A stretch of 64,000 bases of DNA from NCBI GenBank assembly GCA_963664435.2, contig CAXXKM010000001.1, positions 1,535,287 through 1,599,286 on the forward strand. The letters are read 5' to 3'. This document shows, piece after piece, positions 50,568 through 59,355 of this stretch (positions are counted from its first letter, which is position 1; the number at the start of each line of letters is the position of its first letter). A program made the position numbers and the translations under genes. This DNA is from Longimicrobiales bacterium (GTDB lineage Bacteria; Gemmatimonadota; Gemmatimonadetes; Longimicrobiales; Gaopeijiaceae). Below the pieces are notes generated by a model. The model was not told the origin of the DNA and did not search any database. It was given only the letters and a program-made list of their open reading frames with translations.

Positions 50568-53012
50568 TCAGGTCCTTTGCGTTCGGGGGAATGGGTGGGA
50601 TGGGCTCGGCCGGGCGAGCACTTCAAGCGCCCGGACCAGGCCGTGTCTCGCCACGGCTTCGGCGCGCTTCTCGGCGTCCAAGGGCGAGGAGGTGTAGAGC
50701 CAGTAGCTCTCCGGATCGATTTCGAGCCGGAGGACCGCCGCCTCGTCCGGGCGGCGGAGATAGAGCTCGCGCTTGGGCGTGAGCTCCCGGACCTGGGTGA
50801 TCTCCGACTCGTTCAGCCTGAAGAGGGCTCCGGCCTCCGCGGGCAACTCGGGGTTGGCGAGGAACAGCTTGGTGGGGATCGATTCGAGGAGCGCCGAAGC
50901 GCCGGGCGTTCCCGTCACGTCCACGGCGGACTGCGTGGCGAGCACGAGCGCGGCGTTCTTCTTGCGCCACGTCTTGGCCGCCTCGGCCAGGTAGTTCAGC
51001 ACGGCGGGGTCCTGCATGTACCGCCAGGCCTCGTCCACGACCATCAGCTTGAGCCGGGCCGTCTCCGCCGGGTCTTCGATCTCCAGGCGCATGCGTTCCA
51101 GGAGGTAGGCGAGCGCCGCCTCGCAGAGGTCCGCGTGCTCCGCTGCGCCCGCCAGATCGATCACCTGCCAGTCGCGGAACTCGATGTCTGCCCCGCCCGA
51201 CGGCGCGTTGTCGAAGAACGCGCCCCACGCGCCGCCCTCCGTCCACCGGCTGAAGGCGGGCCACATTGCGACCGGGAGCGAACCGGCCAGCACGCTCATC
51301 GTCCGGCGATCGGCTCCGAGCGCGTAGACGTCCTCGATCCGCGCGCGGATCTCGCTCGTGTCCGACCCGTCGGCCTCGTAGCCGCCCAGGTTGAGGAGCC
51401 GGAGCACCCAGCCGGTCAGGAACTGGAACGTCCTCGTCGTGGCAGGCAGCGCGAAGGGCTGGAGCCGGAGCGTCGGCTCCGTCTCGCCCGGCGCGAGCTC
51501 CAGATACCGGCCCCCGAGGAACCGGGTCAGCCAGCGATACGAGCCACCCAGGTCCAGGATCAGGATGCGCGGATCGTACTTGAGCGCCTCGACCAGAAGG
51601 AAGTTCAGGGTGAAGCTCTTGCCCGAACCCGTCGCGCCCAGGATCAGCGTGTGGCCCACGTCGCCCGCGAACAGGTCGTAGCGGTACGCCGTGCGCCACG
51701 GCGTCTCGAACACCGCCAGCGGCTCCCGGCCCAGATGGCGGCTCGTTCGGTTCCCCCTGGGCGGCCCGAACACGGGCGCGAGGCACGCCGCGACGCCCGC
51801 CGAGACGAACACCTTCCGCACCTGACGCTTGCGCGGCTGGGCCGGGAGCCGCGCGAACCACGCGGGGAGCTGGCCGTAGCCTTCCCGGATGACCTTCGCG
51901 TCGTGCGCGGCGAACAGTCGGCGCACGTCGCCGTCCAACCGCTCGATCCCTTCGAGTCCCCCGTGGAGCGCCACGGTGAGCGACGCCTCGCCGTAGGCCA
52001 CACCGTCGGCTTCGAGTTCGACCAGAGCGCTCCCAAGCCGGTCCGACTCGGCGGCCGCCGCGGAATCGACCATCGCCGCCGCCGTGCCCTGCGCGTCCTG
52101 GGCGTGCGCCATCATCGAGTAGCGGCGCGAGAAGTAGTGGCGCTGCGCGCTTCGGATCCGGCGCCGAGCCGCTTCAGTAGTCCACGGCCGCCATTCGAGC
52201 GAAACCGTCGTCACCGCATCAAGGCAGTAGAGGTCTTTGAGCAGGTTCGCGTGCGCCTGCCCCGGCGGCGACAGAAGCGAGTAGAGGATCACCGGCTCGC
52301 CATCCAGCTTCAGGTGCGAACGCTCGGCCTCAAGCTCCGACAGCGCGAGCCGCCAGTTCATGCCGCTCCCCGTCGCACCGTCCCAGAACGTGCCGGGCCT
52401 GTTGGTGAGGTCGGAGAGCATCCGGGACGCTTCAACGGCTCCGAGCATCTCGACGGGCGTGTGCTCGGCCACAAGCGAGCGGCCCGCATCGATCATGGCG
52501 CGGAACCGGTCCGCTGCCGCCTCGATCTCCGAGGCGAGGTAGGTCGGCGCACCCTTTCTTCGACGCTTCCACAACCGGGCGATCCTGGCGGCGGGTCCCG
52601 ATCTGGTCTTGGCAGCCGGCCGGAGGCCCGGATCGTGCGACCATACCACAAAGGCGTCGAGCTGCTGGACGCGCCCGGCAAGGAACGCGCTTCGCTTGCG
52701 CCCCGAGACGGACGCGATGTCCAAGCCGTTGTCCTGCGGACTCTCGGCGCGGCTGGGGCGCCGTAGCAGGTAGAGGTGAAGCCGCGTGCCGGGACCGAGG
52801 CCCGAGAGCAGCCTCTGCCAGAGTCCCAGCACGCGGTCGATCTGTTCGGGCGTCCTCCCGTCGGTTACGGCGGGCCCGATCCGGCCCGCCGCCACCAGTT
52901 CGCCCGCACGGGTCAGGCAGCTTTGGCCGTCGTCGAGCCAGCCCCAGTAGGGCAGCTCCTCGGCCAGCGAGCCCGCCGCTTCGTAGGCCCGGAGTTCGTC
53001 GGCGACTCTCAC
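50568..53012 (-). CDS. virB4: VirB4/TrbE conjugation ATPase
   Basis: GHTLILGATGSGKS, LMVVDEAW, KTWRKKN, ATQS; GTG overlaps the virB3 stop. Confidence 0.93.
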   Translation of the reverse strand: MRVADELRAYEAAGSLAEELPYWGWLDDGQSCLTRAGELVAAGRIGPAVTDGRTPEQIDRVLGLWQRLLSGLGPGTRLHLYLLRRPSRAESPQDNGLDIASVSGRKRSAFLAGRVQQLDAFVVWSHDPGLRPAAKTRSGPAARIARLWKRRRKGAPTYLASEIEAAADRFRAMIDAGRSLVAEHTPVEMLGAVEASRMLSDLTNRPGTFWDGATGSGMNWRLALSELEAERSHLKLDGEPVILYSLLSPPGQAHANLLKDLYCLDAVTTVSLEWRPWTTEAARRRIRSAQRHYFSRRYSMMAHAQDAQGTAAAMVDSAAAAESDRLGSALVELEADGVAYGEASLTVALHGGLEGIERLDGDVRRLFAAHDAKVIREGYGQLPAWFARLPAQPRKRQVRKVFVSAGVAACLAPVFGPPRGNRTSRHLGREPLAVFETPWRTAYRYDLFAGDVGHTLILGATGSGKSFTLNFLLVEALKYDPRILILDLGGSYRWLTRFLGGRYLELAPGETEPTLRLQPFALPATTRTFQFLTGWVLRLLNLGGYEADGSDTSEIRARIEDVYALGADRRTMSVLAGSLPVAMWPAFSRWTEGGAWGAFFDNAPSGGADIEFRDWQVIDLAGAAEHADLCEAALAYLLERMRLEIEDPAETARLKLMVVDEAWRYMQDPAVLNYLAEAAKTWRKKNAALVLATQSAVDVTGTPGASALLESIPTKLFLANPELPAEAGALFRLNESEITQVRELTPKRELYLRRPDEAAVLRLEIDPESYWLYTSSPLDAEKRAEAVARHGLVRALEVLARPSPSHPFPRTQRT

Positions 53013-53314
53013 CGCGAACCCCCGCGGACCACGAGGTGCCACGGCTCGTTCGCCCATTTGCCAGGATCGAAGCGCGCCGGGTAGCGCGCCGAGACTCGGA
53101 GCACCGCCAGCATCGCCGGATCCCTCCGGCCAGCCAGCCACCCCGCGCCGTAGCAGACCGCGAACACGGCGCCACCCGCAACGAGCGAGGCCGTCGCGTT
53201 CCATACCGCGACGGCAAGCGTCGCGCCCAGCAGGAACAGCCGCCGCTCCACGCCCAGCACCGTCAGCGGACGGTTGAGCGCCGCGTAGCCCGGCCAGCGC
53301 CTGAGGCCCCTCAT
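53009..53314 (-). CDS. virB3: VirB3/TrbD
   Basis: ALNRPLTVLGVER, two TMs, RRDP. Confidence 0.87.
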   Translation of the reverse strand: MRGLRRWPGYAALNRPLTVLGVERRLFLLGATLAVAVWNATASLVAGGAVFAVCYGAGWLAGRRDPAMLAVLRVSARYPARFDPGKWANEPWHLVVRGGSR

Positions 53315-53604
53315 CAGAACAGCCAGCCCAGGAAGTTGACCGCGCCGACCGCCATCCCGATCCCGAAGATGATCCCAGCCAGCGTGCGCTTGCTGCCGCC
53401 CTCCCCGAACGCGAACATCAGCCCGCCGACCACGATCGCAATCAGCGACAGCCCGCGCGCGATCGGTCCCGTGAACTGTGTCTGAAGCTCGTTCACCGCA
53501 TCCACCCACGGGCTCGTGCCCTGCGCGTGGAGCGCGCCGGGCGTCAGCATGAGCAGCACAGCCCACACAGCTCCCCGCATCGTAGTCAGCAACGTTCTCA
53601 TCAT
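53314..53604 (-). CDS. virB2: VirB2/TrbC pilin
   Basis: AHAQ-like cleavage site, SPW, TGPIARGLSLIAIVVGGLMFAFGEGG. Confidence 0.9.
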   Translation of the reverse strand: MMRTLLTTMRGAVWAVLLMLTPGALHAQGTSPWVDAVNELQTQFTGPIARGLSLIAIVVGGLMFAFGEGGSKRTLAGIIFGIGMAVGAVNFLGWLF

Positions 53605-53642
53605 TTCTTTCCTTTCCCTGAAGGGTTGGTGGCGACGGTCTG

Positions 53643-54140
53643 TCAGCCGCCCCGGGTGTCCGCGATCCGCTCGCGGATCCACGCGTCGATCTCGGCCTCG
53701 ATCCAGCCCACAACGTTCTCGCCCAGCTTGATCGGCTGAGGGAAGAGCCCGCGGGCGACCCACCTTCGGATCGTGCTCCGCGAGAGGCCGGTCCGGTCCT
53801 GTATCTGCGACATCCGCAGGAGGCGGACCGGCGATCCGTTTTGCTGCTCGGGGTTCTCGGTCATGGTTCTGCTCCTGTTCGTGCTTCCCGTACTCGTCGA
53901 TGGCTTCCGTAGCGGAAGCCGCCGGGGCGGATCCCGGATGCCGCCCGAGTCCCCGTCGTAGTTGTCGATGAACGCCAGAACACGGTCCGCCGTCCTGAGC
54001 GACGGCGAAGGTCCGGCCCCGATCTGGTGCAGCAGACTCGGGTCGCGCAGCGCCCTCATGCCCAGCGTCGTGGGGCTCAGCCCCGTGCGCTCCAGAAACG
54101 CGCTCACCCGCGAGTTGAATAGCTCCTCCAGCGTTGCCAT
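53643..54140 (-). CDS. alpA: Cro-like HTH fused to AlpA-family regulator (AlpA may start separately at 53864)
   Basis: N-terminal AFLERTGLSPTTLG..ALRDPSL; C-terminal RTGLSRSTIRRWV..GLFPQPIKLG..VGWIEAEIDAWI. Confidence 0.82.
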   Translation of the reverse strand: MATLEELFNSRVSAFLERTGLSPTTLGMRALRDPSLLHQIGAGPSPSLRTADRVLAFIDNYDGDSGGIRDPPRRLPLRKPSTSTGSTNRSRTMTENPEQQNGSPVRLLRMSQIQDRTGLSRSTIRRWVARGLFPQPIKLGENVVGWIEAEIDAWIRERIADTRGG

Positions 54141-54506
54141 GACTGCCGTTCCAGCCGCATCGATGCCCGTAACGTTGATGACGTGTTGTCAAGACCGTCA
54201 ACCGTTAGCAAATCCCCTAAGTGGTTATGCTGTATCATGATGGGTCATGCGGGGTCAGGCTTTGCGGACGGCTCCGCCAGTGGGGCGGCTAAGCACCCCC
54301 GTCCGGCATTTGCGGAGTCTCCCCACACGATCCGACCGTTGACCAGACGGGGGGGCCGGAAGCAACCAGACCCGGTGCCCAGCGGAAGGAAGTCGGCAGG
54401 TTCGGGGTCCGGATCCGGGCGCGATGGCCAACCCGCCAGGCCCCCGAGGTGGATGGGCCTCGACCGACTTGCGAAACCGGCTGGAAGCGGGGTTAATTCC
54501 AACCCC
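54141..54506. promoter_or_regulatory. Divergent control region between Cro/AlpA-tra operon and CI-like repressor
   Basis: Divergent ORFs; AT-rich patch at 54175-54240; TTGCGA-N17-GTTAAT just upstream of the repressor ATG. Confidence 0.55.
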
Positions 54507-55232
54507 ATGGGACGAACGAAGAAGAAGGACTCCATACCGTTGGATCCGGTGCGCAAGCGGCTACTCCGGCTGCTGACGGCGAAGGGCTCGACCCTGCGCA
54601 CCGCCTCGGTCGCCATGGGCCGCAACGACGCCTACCTGCAACAGTTCATCCACAGGGGCACGCCGAAGGTTCTCGCCGAGGACGACCGCGAGATCCTCGC
54701 GGAGCACCTGGGCTGCCGGCCCGAGCTACTCAAGCACGGCCGGAGTTTCCGGCTCTCGACGAACGCCACGCGGCCTTCGCCGCCCGACGACGCATACGCC
54801 GCGCCAATCGGCTACAGCGCCGTGCCGGAAGCGGATCTCAGAGAGGAGCCGGACGCGGAGGAAGCCTGGAACGGCGAGTTGCGGGTGACCGGAGATGCTT
54901 GGATGTTCGCCGATGCGTTCATCCGCCACCGGCTCCGGGCCGATCCCGGCGACCTGTGGATGGTCGAGGTGGACGGGGACTCGATGGAACCGCTGCTCTC
55001 AAGCGGCGACCACATCCTGATCGACGTGAGCCGGACGGTGCTTGCGCCGCCCGGGATGTTCGTGATCTGGGACGGCATTGCGCTCGTCGCCAAGCGGATC
55101 GAGCACGTGCCGCACTCCGACCCGCCGAAGGTCGTGCTCAAGTCGCTCAACCCCGAGTACGGCAGCTACGAGTGTGCTGCCGAAGAGGTCCGCGTCGTCG
55201 GACGGGCGGTCTGGGTTGCCAGGAAGCTGTAG
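54507..55232 (+). CDS. CI/LexA-like repressor with S24 peptidase domain
   Basis: N-terminal HTH GRNDAYLQQFIHRGTP; VDGDSMEP (Ser), AKRIE (Lys), SLNPEY, VVGRAVW. Confidence 0.9.
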   Translation: MGRTKKKDSIPLDPVRKRLLRLLTAKGSTLRTASVAMGRNDAYLQQFIHRGTPKVLAEDDREILAEHLGCRPELLKHGRSFRLSTNATRPSPPDDAYAAPIGYSAVPEADLREEPDAEEAWNGELRVTGDAWMFADAFIRHRLRADPGDLWMVEVDGDSMEPLLSSGDHILIDVSRTVLAPPGMFVIWDGIALVAKRIEHVPHSDPPKVVLKSLNPEYGSYECAAEEVRVVGRAVWVARKL

Positions 55233-55388
55233 GGGGAGTGAATGGCGGCCCAGTGCTTGGCGCTTCGTGGCACCCATCCAGGCCAAGCCAGTACGCTGAG
55301 TGTCAGTTATCTTCAGTACTCAGGCTCCCCGAGAGGGGGCTGTAACATCGGTTGACGTGATTCCTGACTGACCGAGAGAAATGGAGCC

Positions 55389-55985
55389 ATGAACAGCCTG
55401 CCCGAGCGGATCATGGAGTACGCCGCGGCCAAGCCGGAGGCCACGCCGATACAGGCGAACGACCTCCTGCACCTCGGCGACCGCGCTGCGGTGGTCCGGT
55501 CGCTATCCCGCCTCGCGCGCTCCGAGCGGCTCCTGCGAATCTGCCGTGCCGTCTACATGCGTCCGATCCAAACCAGATTCGGCCTCAGGGCACCGCGTCT
55601 GGAGAAGGCGCTTGCTTCCCTTTCGGCGCTCTGGGGCGAGATCATCGTTCCGAACGGCGGTGGCGCGGCCAACTGGCTCGGGTTGACGACGCAGAACACC
55701 GTGCGCTCGGTCTATCTCACCTCCGGTTCCGACCGCCTCCTGCATTTCGGGGCTCACCGGGTCGAGTTGCGTCACGCCCCGGCGTGGCAATTGACAGCGC
55801 CGTATCGGACCGCCGGCGTGGTCATTCGCGCGCTGGCGTGGCTCGGCCCCGACGAGGTCGAGAAGAGCCTCGATGCCGTGATTCCGCAGCTCACCGGCGA
55901 GGACTTGAGCGATCTCGCCGCTGCCCGGGACGTAGTGCCCGCGTGGATGGCGGAGCCACTGAACAGACGGCTCGTGCATGGCTGA
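55389..55985 (+). CDS. abiEi: AbiEi-like (DUF6088) antitoxin / regulator
   Basis: SLSRLA...RICRAVY.RP..TRFG, AANWLGLTTQ, YLTSG; overlaps the abiEii start. Confidence 0.82.
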   Translation: MNSLPERIMEYAAAKPEATPIQANDLLHLGDRAAVVRSLSRLARSERLLRICRAVYMRPIQTRFGLRAPRLEKALASLSALWGEIIVPNGGGAANWLGLTTQNTVRSVYLTSGSDRLLHFGAHRVELRHAPAWQLTAPYRTAGVVIRALAWLGPDEVEKSLDAVIPQLTGEDLSDLAAARDVVPAWMAEPLNRRLVHG

Positions 55986-56997
55986 AATCCGGTTTCAGCG
56001 CCTCTCGGCGATCGAGAGGCGAGACGCCTTGGATGTTGCGGCGCGGCGGCGAGGACAGGAGACCTTTCTGCTGGAGAAGGACACTTGGATCGTGGCAACG
56101 CTCGGCGTGCTGTTCGAGGCACCGTTCGGACGACACCTCGTGTTCAAGGGCGGCACGTCGCTTTCCAAGGTGTGGCGCGCGATCCGCCGGTTTTCCGAGG
56201 ACATCGACATCACCTACGACATTCGCGGCTTCGCCCCCGATCTCGTCGTGGGCGGTGACGAGGAGGCGCTGCCGCCCACGCGCAGCCAGGAGAGGCGCTG
56301 GACGCGGGCGATCCGACCGCGCCTCGCCGACTGGGTGCGCGACACCGCCGGCCCGCTCGTACGGGAAGAACTCGGACGCACCGGATTCCCGGCGCGGGTA
56401 CGGACGGAGGCCGAGCGGCTCTACATCGGCTACGAACCGCTGTTCGAGCCGCGCGGCATCGTGAGGCCGGAGGTCCAGGTGGACTTTGGCGCGCGCTCCA
56501 CGGGAGAGCCGCACGCCGTTCATTCGGTGGTGTGCGATGCCGCCGCCCACCTTCCCGACGTCGCGTTTCCGGAAGCGCTACCGGCCGTCATGCTGGCCGA
56601 GCGCACGTTCTGGGAGAAGGCGACCTCGATGCATGTCTACTGCCTCCAGGGGCGCGTTCGGGGCGAGCGATGGTCGAGGCACTGGCACGACCTTGTCCGC
56701 CTTGACGACGCCGGAATCGCGGAACGGGCTCTGGCGGACCTCGAGCTCGCGCTGTCCGTCGCCCGCCACAAGGCGATGTTCTTCCGCGAGAACGATTCAA
56801 ACCGCCAGCGGATCGACTACCATGCTGCCGTGTCGGGGAACCTCAGGCTCGTTCCCTCTGGAGCCGCCCAAGAGGCGCTTGCGGCCGACTACGCCAGCAT
56901 GCTATCCACGGGGATGTTGCTGGACGTGGACGAGTCGTTTGGCACGGTCATGGAGCGGTGCGCCGTGATTGAGGAGAGAGCCAACACACATGGCTAG
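55978..56997 (+). CDS. abiEii: AbiEii/AbiGii nucleotidyltransferase toxin (type IV TA)
   Basis: LEKD, FKGGTSLSK, RFSEDID, RTFWEK, SRHWHDL. Confidence 0.92.
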   Translation: MAEIRFQRLSAIERRDALDVAARRRGQETFLLEKDTWIVATLGVLFEAPFGRHLVFKGGTSLSKVWRAIRRFSEDIDITYDIRGFAPDLVVGGDEEALPPTRSQERRWTRAIRPRLADWVRDTAGPLVREELGRTGFPARVRTEAERLYIGYEPLFEPRGIVRPEVQVDFGARSTGEPHAVHSVVCDAAAHLPDVAFPEALPAVMLAERTFWEKATSMHVYCLQGRVRGERWSRHWHDLVRLDDAGIAERALADLELALSVARHKAMFFRENDSNRQRIDYHAAVSGNLRLVPSGAAQEALAADYASMLSTGMLLDVDESFGTVMERCAVIEERANTHG

Positions 56998-57151
56998 AAT
57001 AGGACCGATCAAGCTCCCGCATCGTGCGACAGTACCGCCACCGACACCAAGTGTGAAGCGTCGGCTTCAACTCCGCGCCTCGGACTCCAGTGGCGAGTCC
57101 AAGCCCTCAGCGATTCGAGCGCGCGAGGGGGAAGTTGCTATCTTGAGTGCC

Positions 57152-58396
57152 ATGAGCACCCGAGCGAACGATTGGGGAGCCGGCACCGCTACGGCCAGTA
57201 CAGCACCACAGGATCGAGTGCCTTCGACCGCCTCCCGGCCCCACCCAGTCTACTTGGATTGCAATGCTTCCGCTCCGCTCGACCCGCGCGTCGCCGAGGT
57301 CATGGTTTCTGCGCTGATGGAGGTCGGCAACGCTGCGTCTGTTCACACCGCTGGTCGTCGACAGGCCCTCCTGGTGGAAGACGCCCGGGAGCAAGTCGCG
57401 GGGCTCGTCGACAGCCCCGCATCCAACGTCGTATTCACCGCGAGCGCGACCGAAGCGAACAATCTTGCGGTCCACGGAGCCGTGCAGCAGGCAAGCGCGG
57501 GACGACCCCGGATTCTTGTCTCCGCCGTAGAGCACGATTCGGTTCTCAAGACCGCCGAATGGCTCGGGGCTCGCGGCCTTGCGAAAGTCGATATCGTCCC
57601 CGTAACTGGCAGCGGTGCCGTTGACCTGAACGCTTTAGCGCGGCTGCTCAGCCCCGATGTCCTCCTCGTGTCCGTCATGGCCGCCAACGGCGAGACCGGC
57701 GTACTAAACCCCATTGCGCAAGTCGCGAAACTCGCTCACGCTCATGGCTCACTATTCCACTGTGACGCTACGCAGTTCGTCGGCCGCATGCCACTGAACG
57801 CAGAAGATGTTGGCACAGATCTCGTCTCTGTCAGCGCCCATAAGCTGGGTGGACCGATGGGGGTCGGGGCGCTCATCGGCACCCAACGGGCCTTGGCCTG
57901 TCTCGAGCCGGTAATCCACGGAGGCGGACACGAGCGAGGCCTGCGGTCGGGTTCCCTGAACGTGCCTGGTATCGTGGGGTTTGGAGAGGCTGCGGCCATT
58001 GCGACCGCCGAGCGAGCCCACGAGTCGATCCTAGTAACCGATCTCAGGGACCGCCTGACCGCCGGTCTGGAGGAGTCCCTGCCCGGGGTCATCCAAATCG
58101 GAGATGTTGACCGGCGGCTCCCGAACACCGCTTGTCTCCGCTTCAGGGATGCCGATGCCGAAGCCGTGACCGTTAATCTGGAACCAGTCGTCGCCTCGAC
58201 GGGAAGCGCATGCAGCGCCGGCACCATCGAGCCCTCACGGGTTCTGCTGGCGATGGGTATGTCCCCATCCGCCGCCTTCGAGTGCGTACGCTTCAGTCTC
58301 GGACGCTTCACGACGGACGCCGACATCGAAGTCGCCGTGGCTCGCGCTGTTGAAGCGGTCCAGTACGTCCGCGAAATGACCGTGAAGACCATCTGA
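57152..58396 (+). CDS. sspA: Cysteine desulfurase (IscS/DndA/SspA-like)
   Basis: YLDCNASAP, ATEANN, EHDSV, HCDATQ, SAHKLGGP (PLP Lys), GSACSAG; start uncertain. Confidence 0.88.
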   Translation: MSTRANDWGAGTATASTAPQDRVPSTASRPHPVYLDCNASAPLDPRVAEVMVSALMEVGNAASVHTAGRRQALLVEDAREQVAGLVDSPASNVVFTASATEANNLAVHGAVQQASAGRPRILVSAVEHDSVLKTAEWLGARGLAKVDIVPVTGSGAVDLNALARLLSPDVLLVSVMAANGETGVLNPIAQVAKLAHAHGSLFHCDATQFVGRMPLNAEDVGTDLVSVSAHKLGGPMGVGALIGTQRALACLEPVIHGGGHERGLRSGSLNVPGIVGFGEAAAIATAERAHESILVTDLRDRLTAGLEESLPGVIQIGDVDRRLPNTACLRFRDADAEAVTVNLEPVVASTGSACSAGTIEPSRVLLAMGMSPSAAFECVRFSLGRFTTDADIEVAVARAVEAVQYVREMTVKTI

Positions 58397-59355
58397 TGCG
58401 GTTGGTCGAGGCCGCCGAACGAGTCTTCGCACGGCACGAAACATTCCATCCCCGATACGGGTGGTTCCGCAAGGCCTACACCTTTGTCGGAGATGACTCG
58501 AAGATTTTCGTGCTCCCCGACGCGCCGGTCCGAATGGGAGTGGGCAAGAACATGGTGCGAGCGATCCGCTTCTGGGGGACGGCGGCCAAGCTGATAAAGG
58601 AGAAGCGCGACTCCCGGAAGCGTTCGGGCAGCATGGTGCAGACGAAACTGGGCAACCGACTGTTCGGCAGCGACGGCTGGGATCCGTATATGGAGGAGCC
58701 AGCGACTCTATGGCTGCTGCACTGGCTTCTGCTGGCTCCACCGTGCTTGCTGCCCGTCTGGTGGGTGGCCTTCAACGAGTTCCATGCGATCGAGTTCGAC
58801 GACGACCATTTGGAGAGGATCGTTCTGGCGCAGCTCGAGTTCGCCACGGAGTGGAAGACACCGCACCGGTCATCGGTTCTTAAGGACGTACGCGCTCTCT
58901 TGCGCACCTACACACCGGCCGACCGCTCTGCCCGCGTGGGGATCGATGACATGCTGAACTGCCCTTTCCGCGAACTCGGTCTCATCGGTCGCTCGGAGGC
59001 GACGCAACGGTATCGGTTCGCGACCGGCGCAAAGCCTACGTTACCGGCGGCTGTCGTCGCATTTGCGGCCATGGACTATGTCGCGCGCGCGAATTCGGGG
59101 AGCAACACGGTGACGCTCAGCCACCTCGCGCATGACCCGGGTGGGCCTGGGAGAGTGTTCAAGCTGTTGGAGAACGATCTTCACATGGCGCTGGCTGCGG
59201 TCGCCGCACACTCGGCGAGGATCAAGCTGGCTGCGGTATCGGGCACCGTTCAGCTTGGATGGTCGGGCAATCCGCGTGACATCGCCATCGCGACTATGGA
59301 CAACTACTACGGCCGACCGGACTTCCTTTCGACCAACGGGCAGGTGACCGCGTGA
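58396..59355 (+). CDS. sspB: DUF4007 protein (SspB-like)
   Basis: FARHETFHPRYGWFRK, GVGKNMVRAIRFW, DPYMEE..TLWLLHW, CPFRELGLI. Confidence 0.85.
   Translation: MRLVEAAERVFARHETFHPRYGWFRKAYTFVGDDSKIFVLPDAPVRMGVGKNMVRAIRFWGTAAKLIKEKRDSRKRSGSMVQTKLGNRLFGSDGWDPYMEEPATLWLLHWLLLAPPCLLPVWWVAFNEFHAIEFDDDHLERIVLAQLEFATEWKTPHRSSVLKDVRALLRTYTPADRSARVGIDDMLNCPFRELGLIGRSEATQRYRFATGAKPTLPAAVVAFAAMDYVARANSGSNTVTLSHLAHDPGGPGRVFKLLENDLHMALAAVAAHSARIKLAAVSGTVQLGWSGNPRDIAIATMDNYYGRPDFLSTNGQVTA

Noticed and set aside
53643..55232. Prophage
   Set aside because: CI, Cro and AlpA-like genes are present, but there are no capsid, terminase or tail genes and the regulated operon is a T4SS.
55302..55368. AbiEi operator inverted repeat (gtcagttatc ... 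gattcctgac)
   Set aside because: Only an 8 of 10 match across a long spacer; too weak to call.
57152..58396. Housekeeping iscS
   Set aside because: No isc/suf or mnmA neighbours; it is coupled to DUF4007 inside an island.
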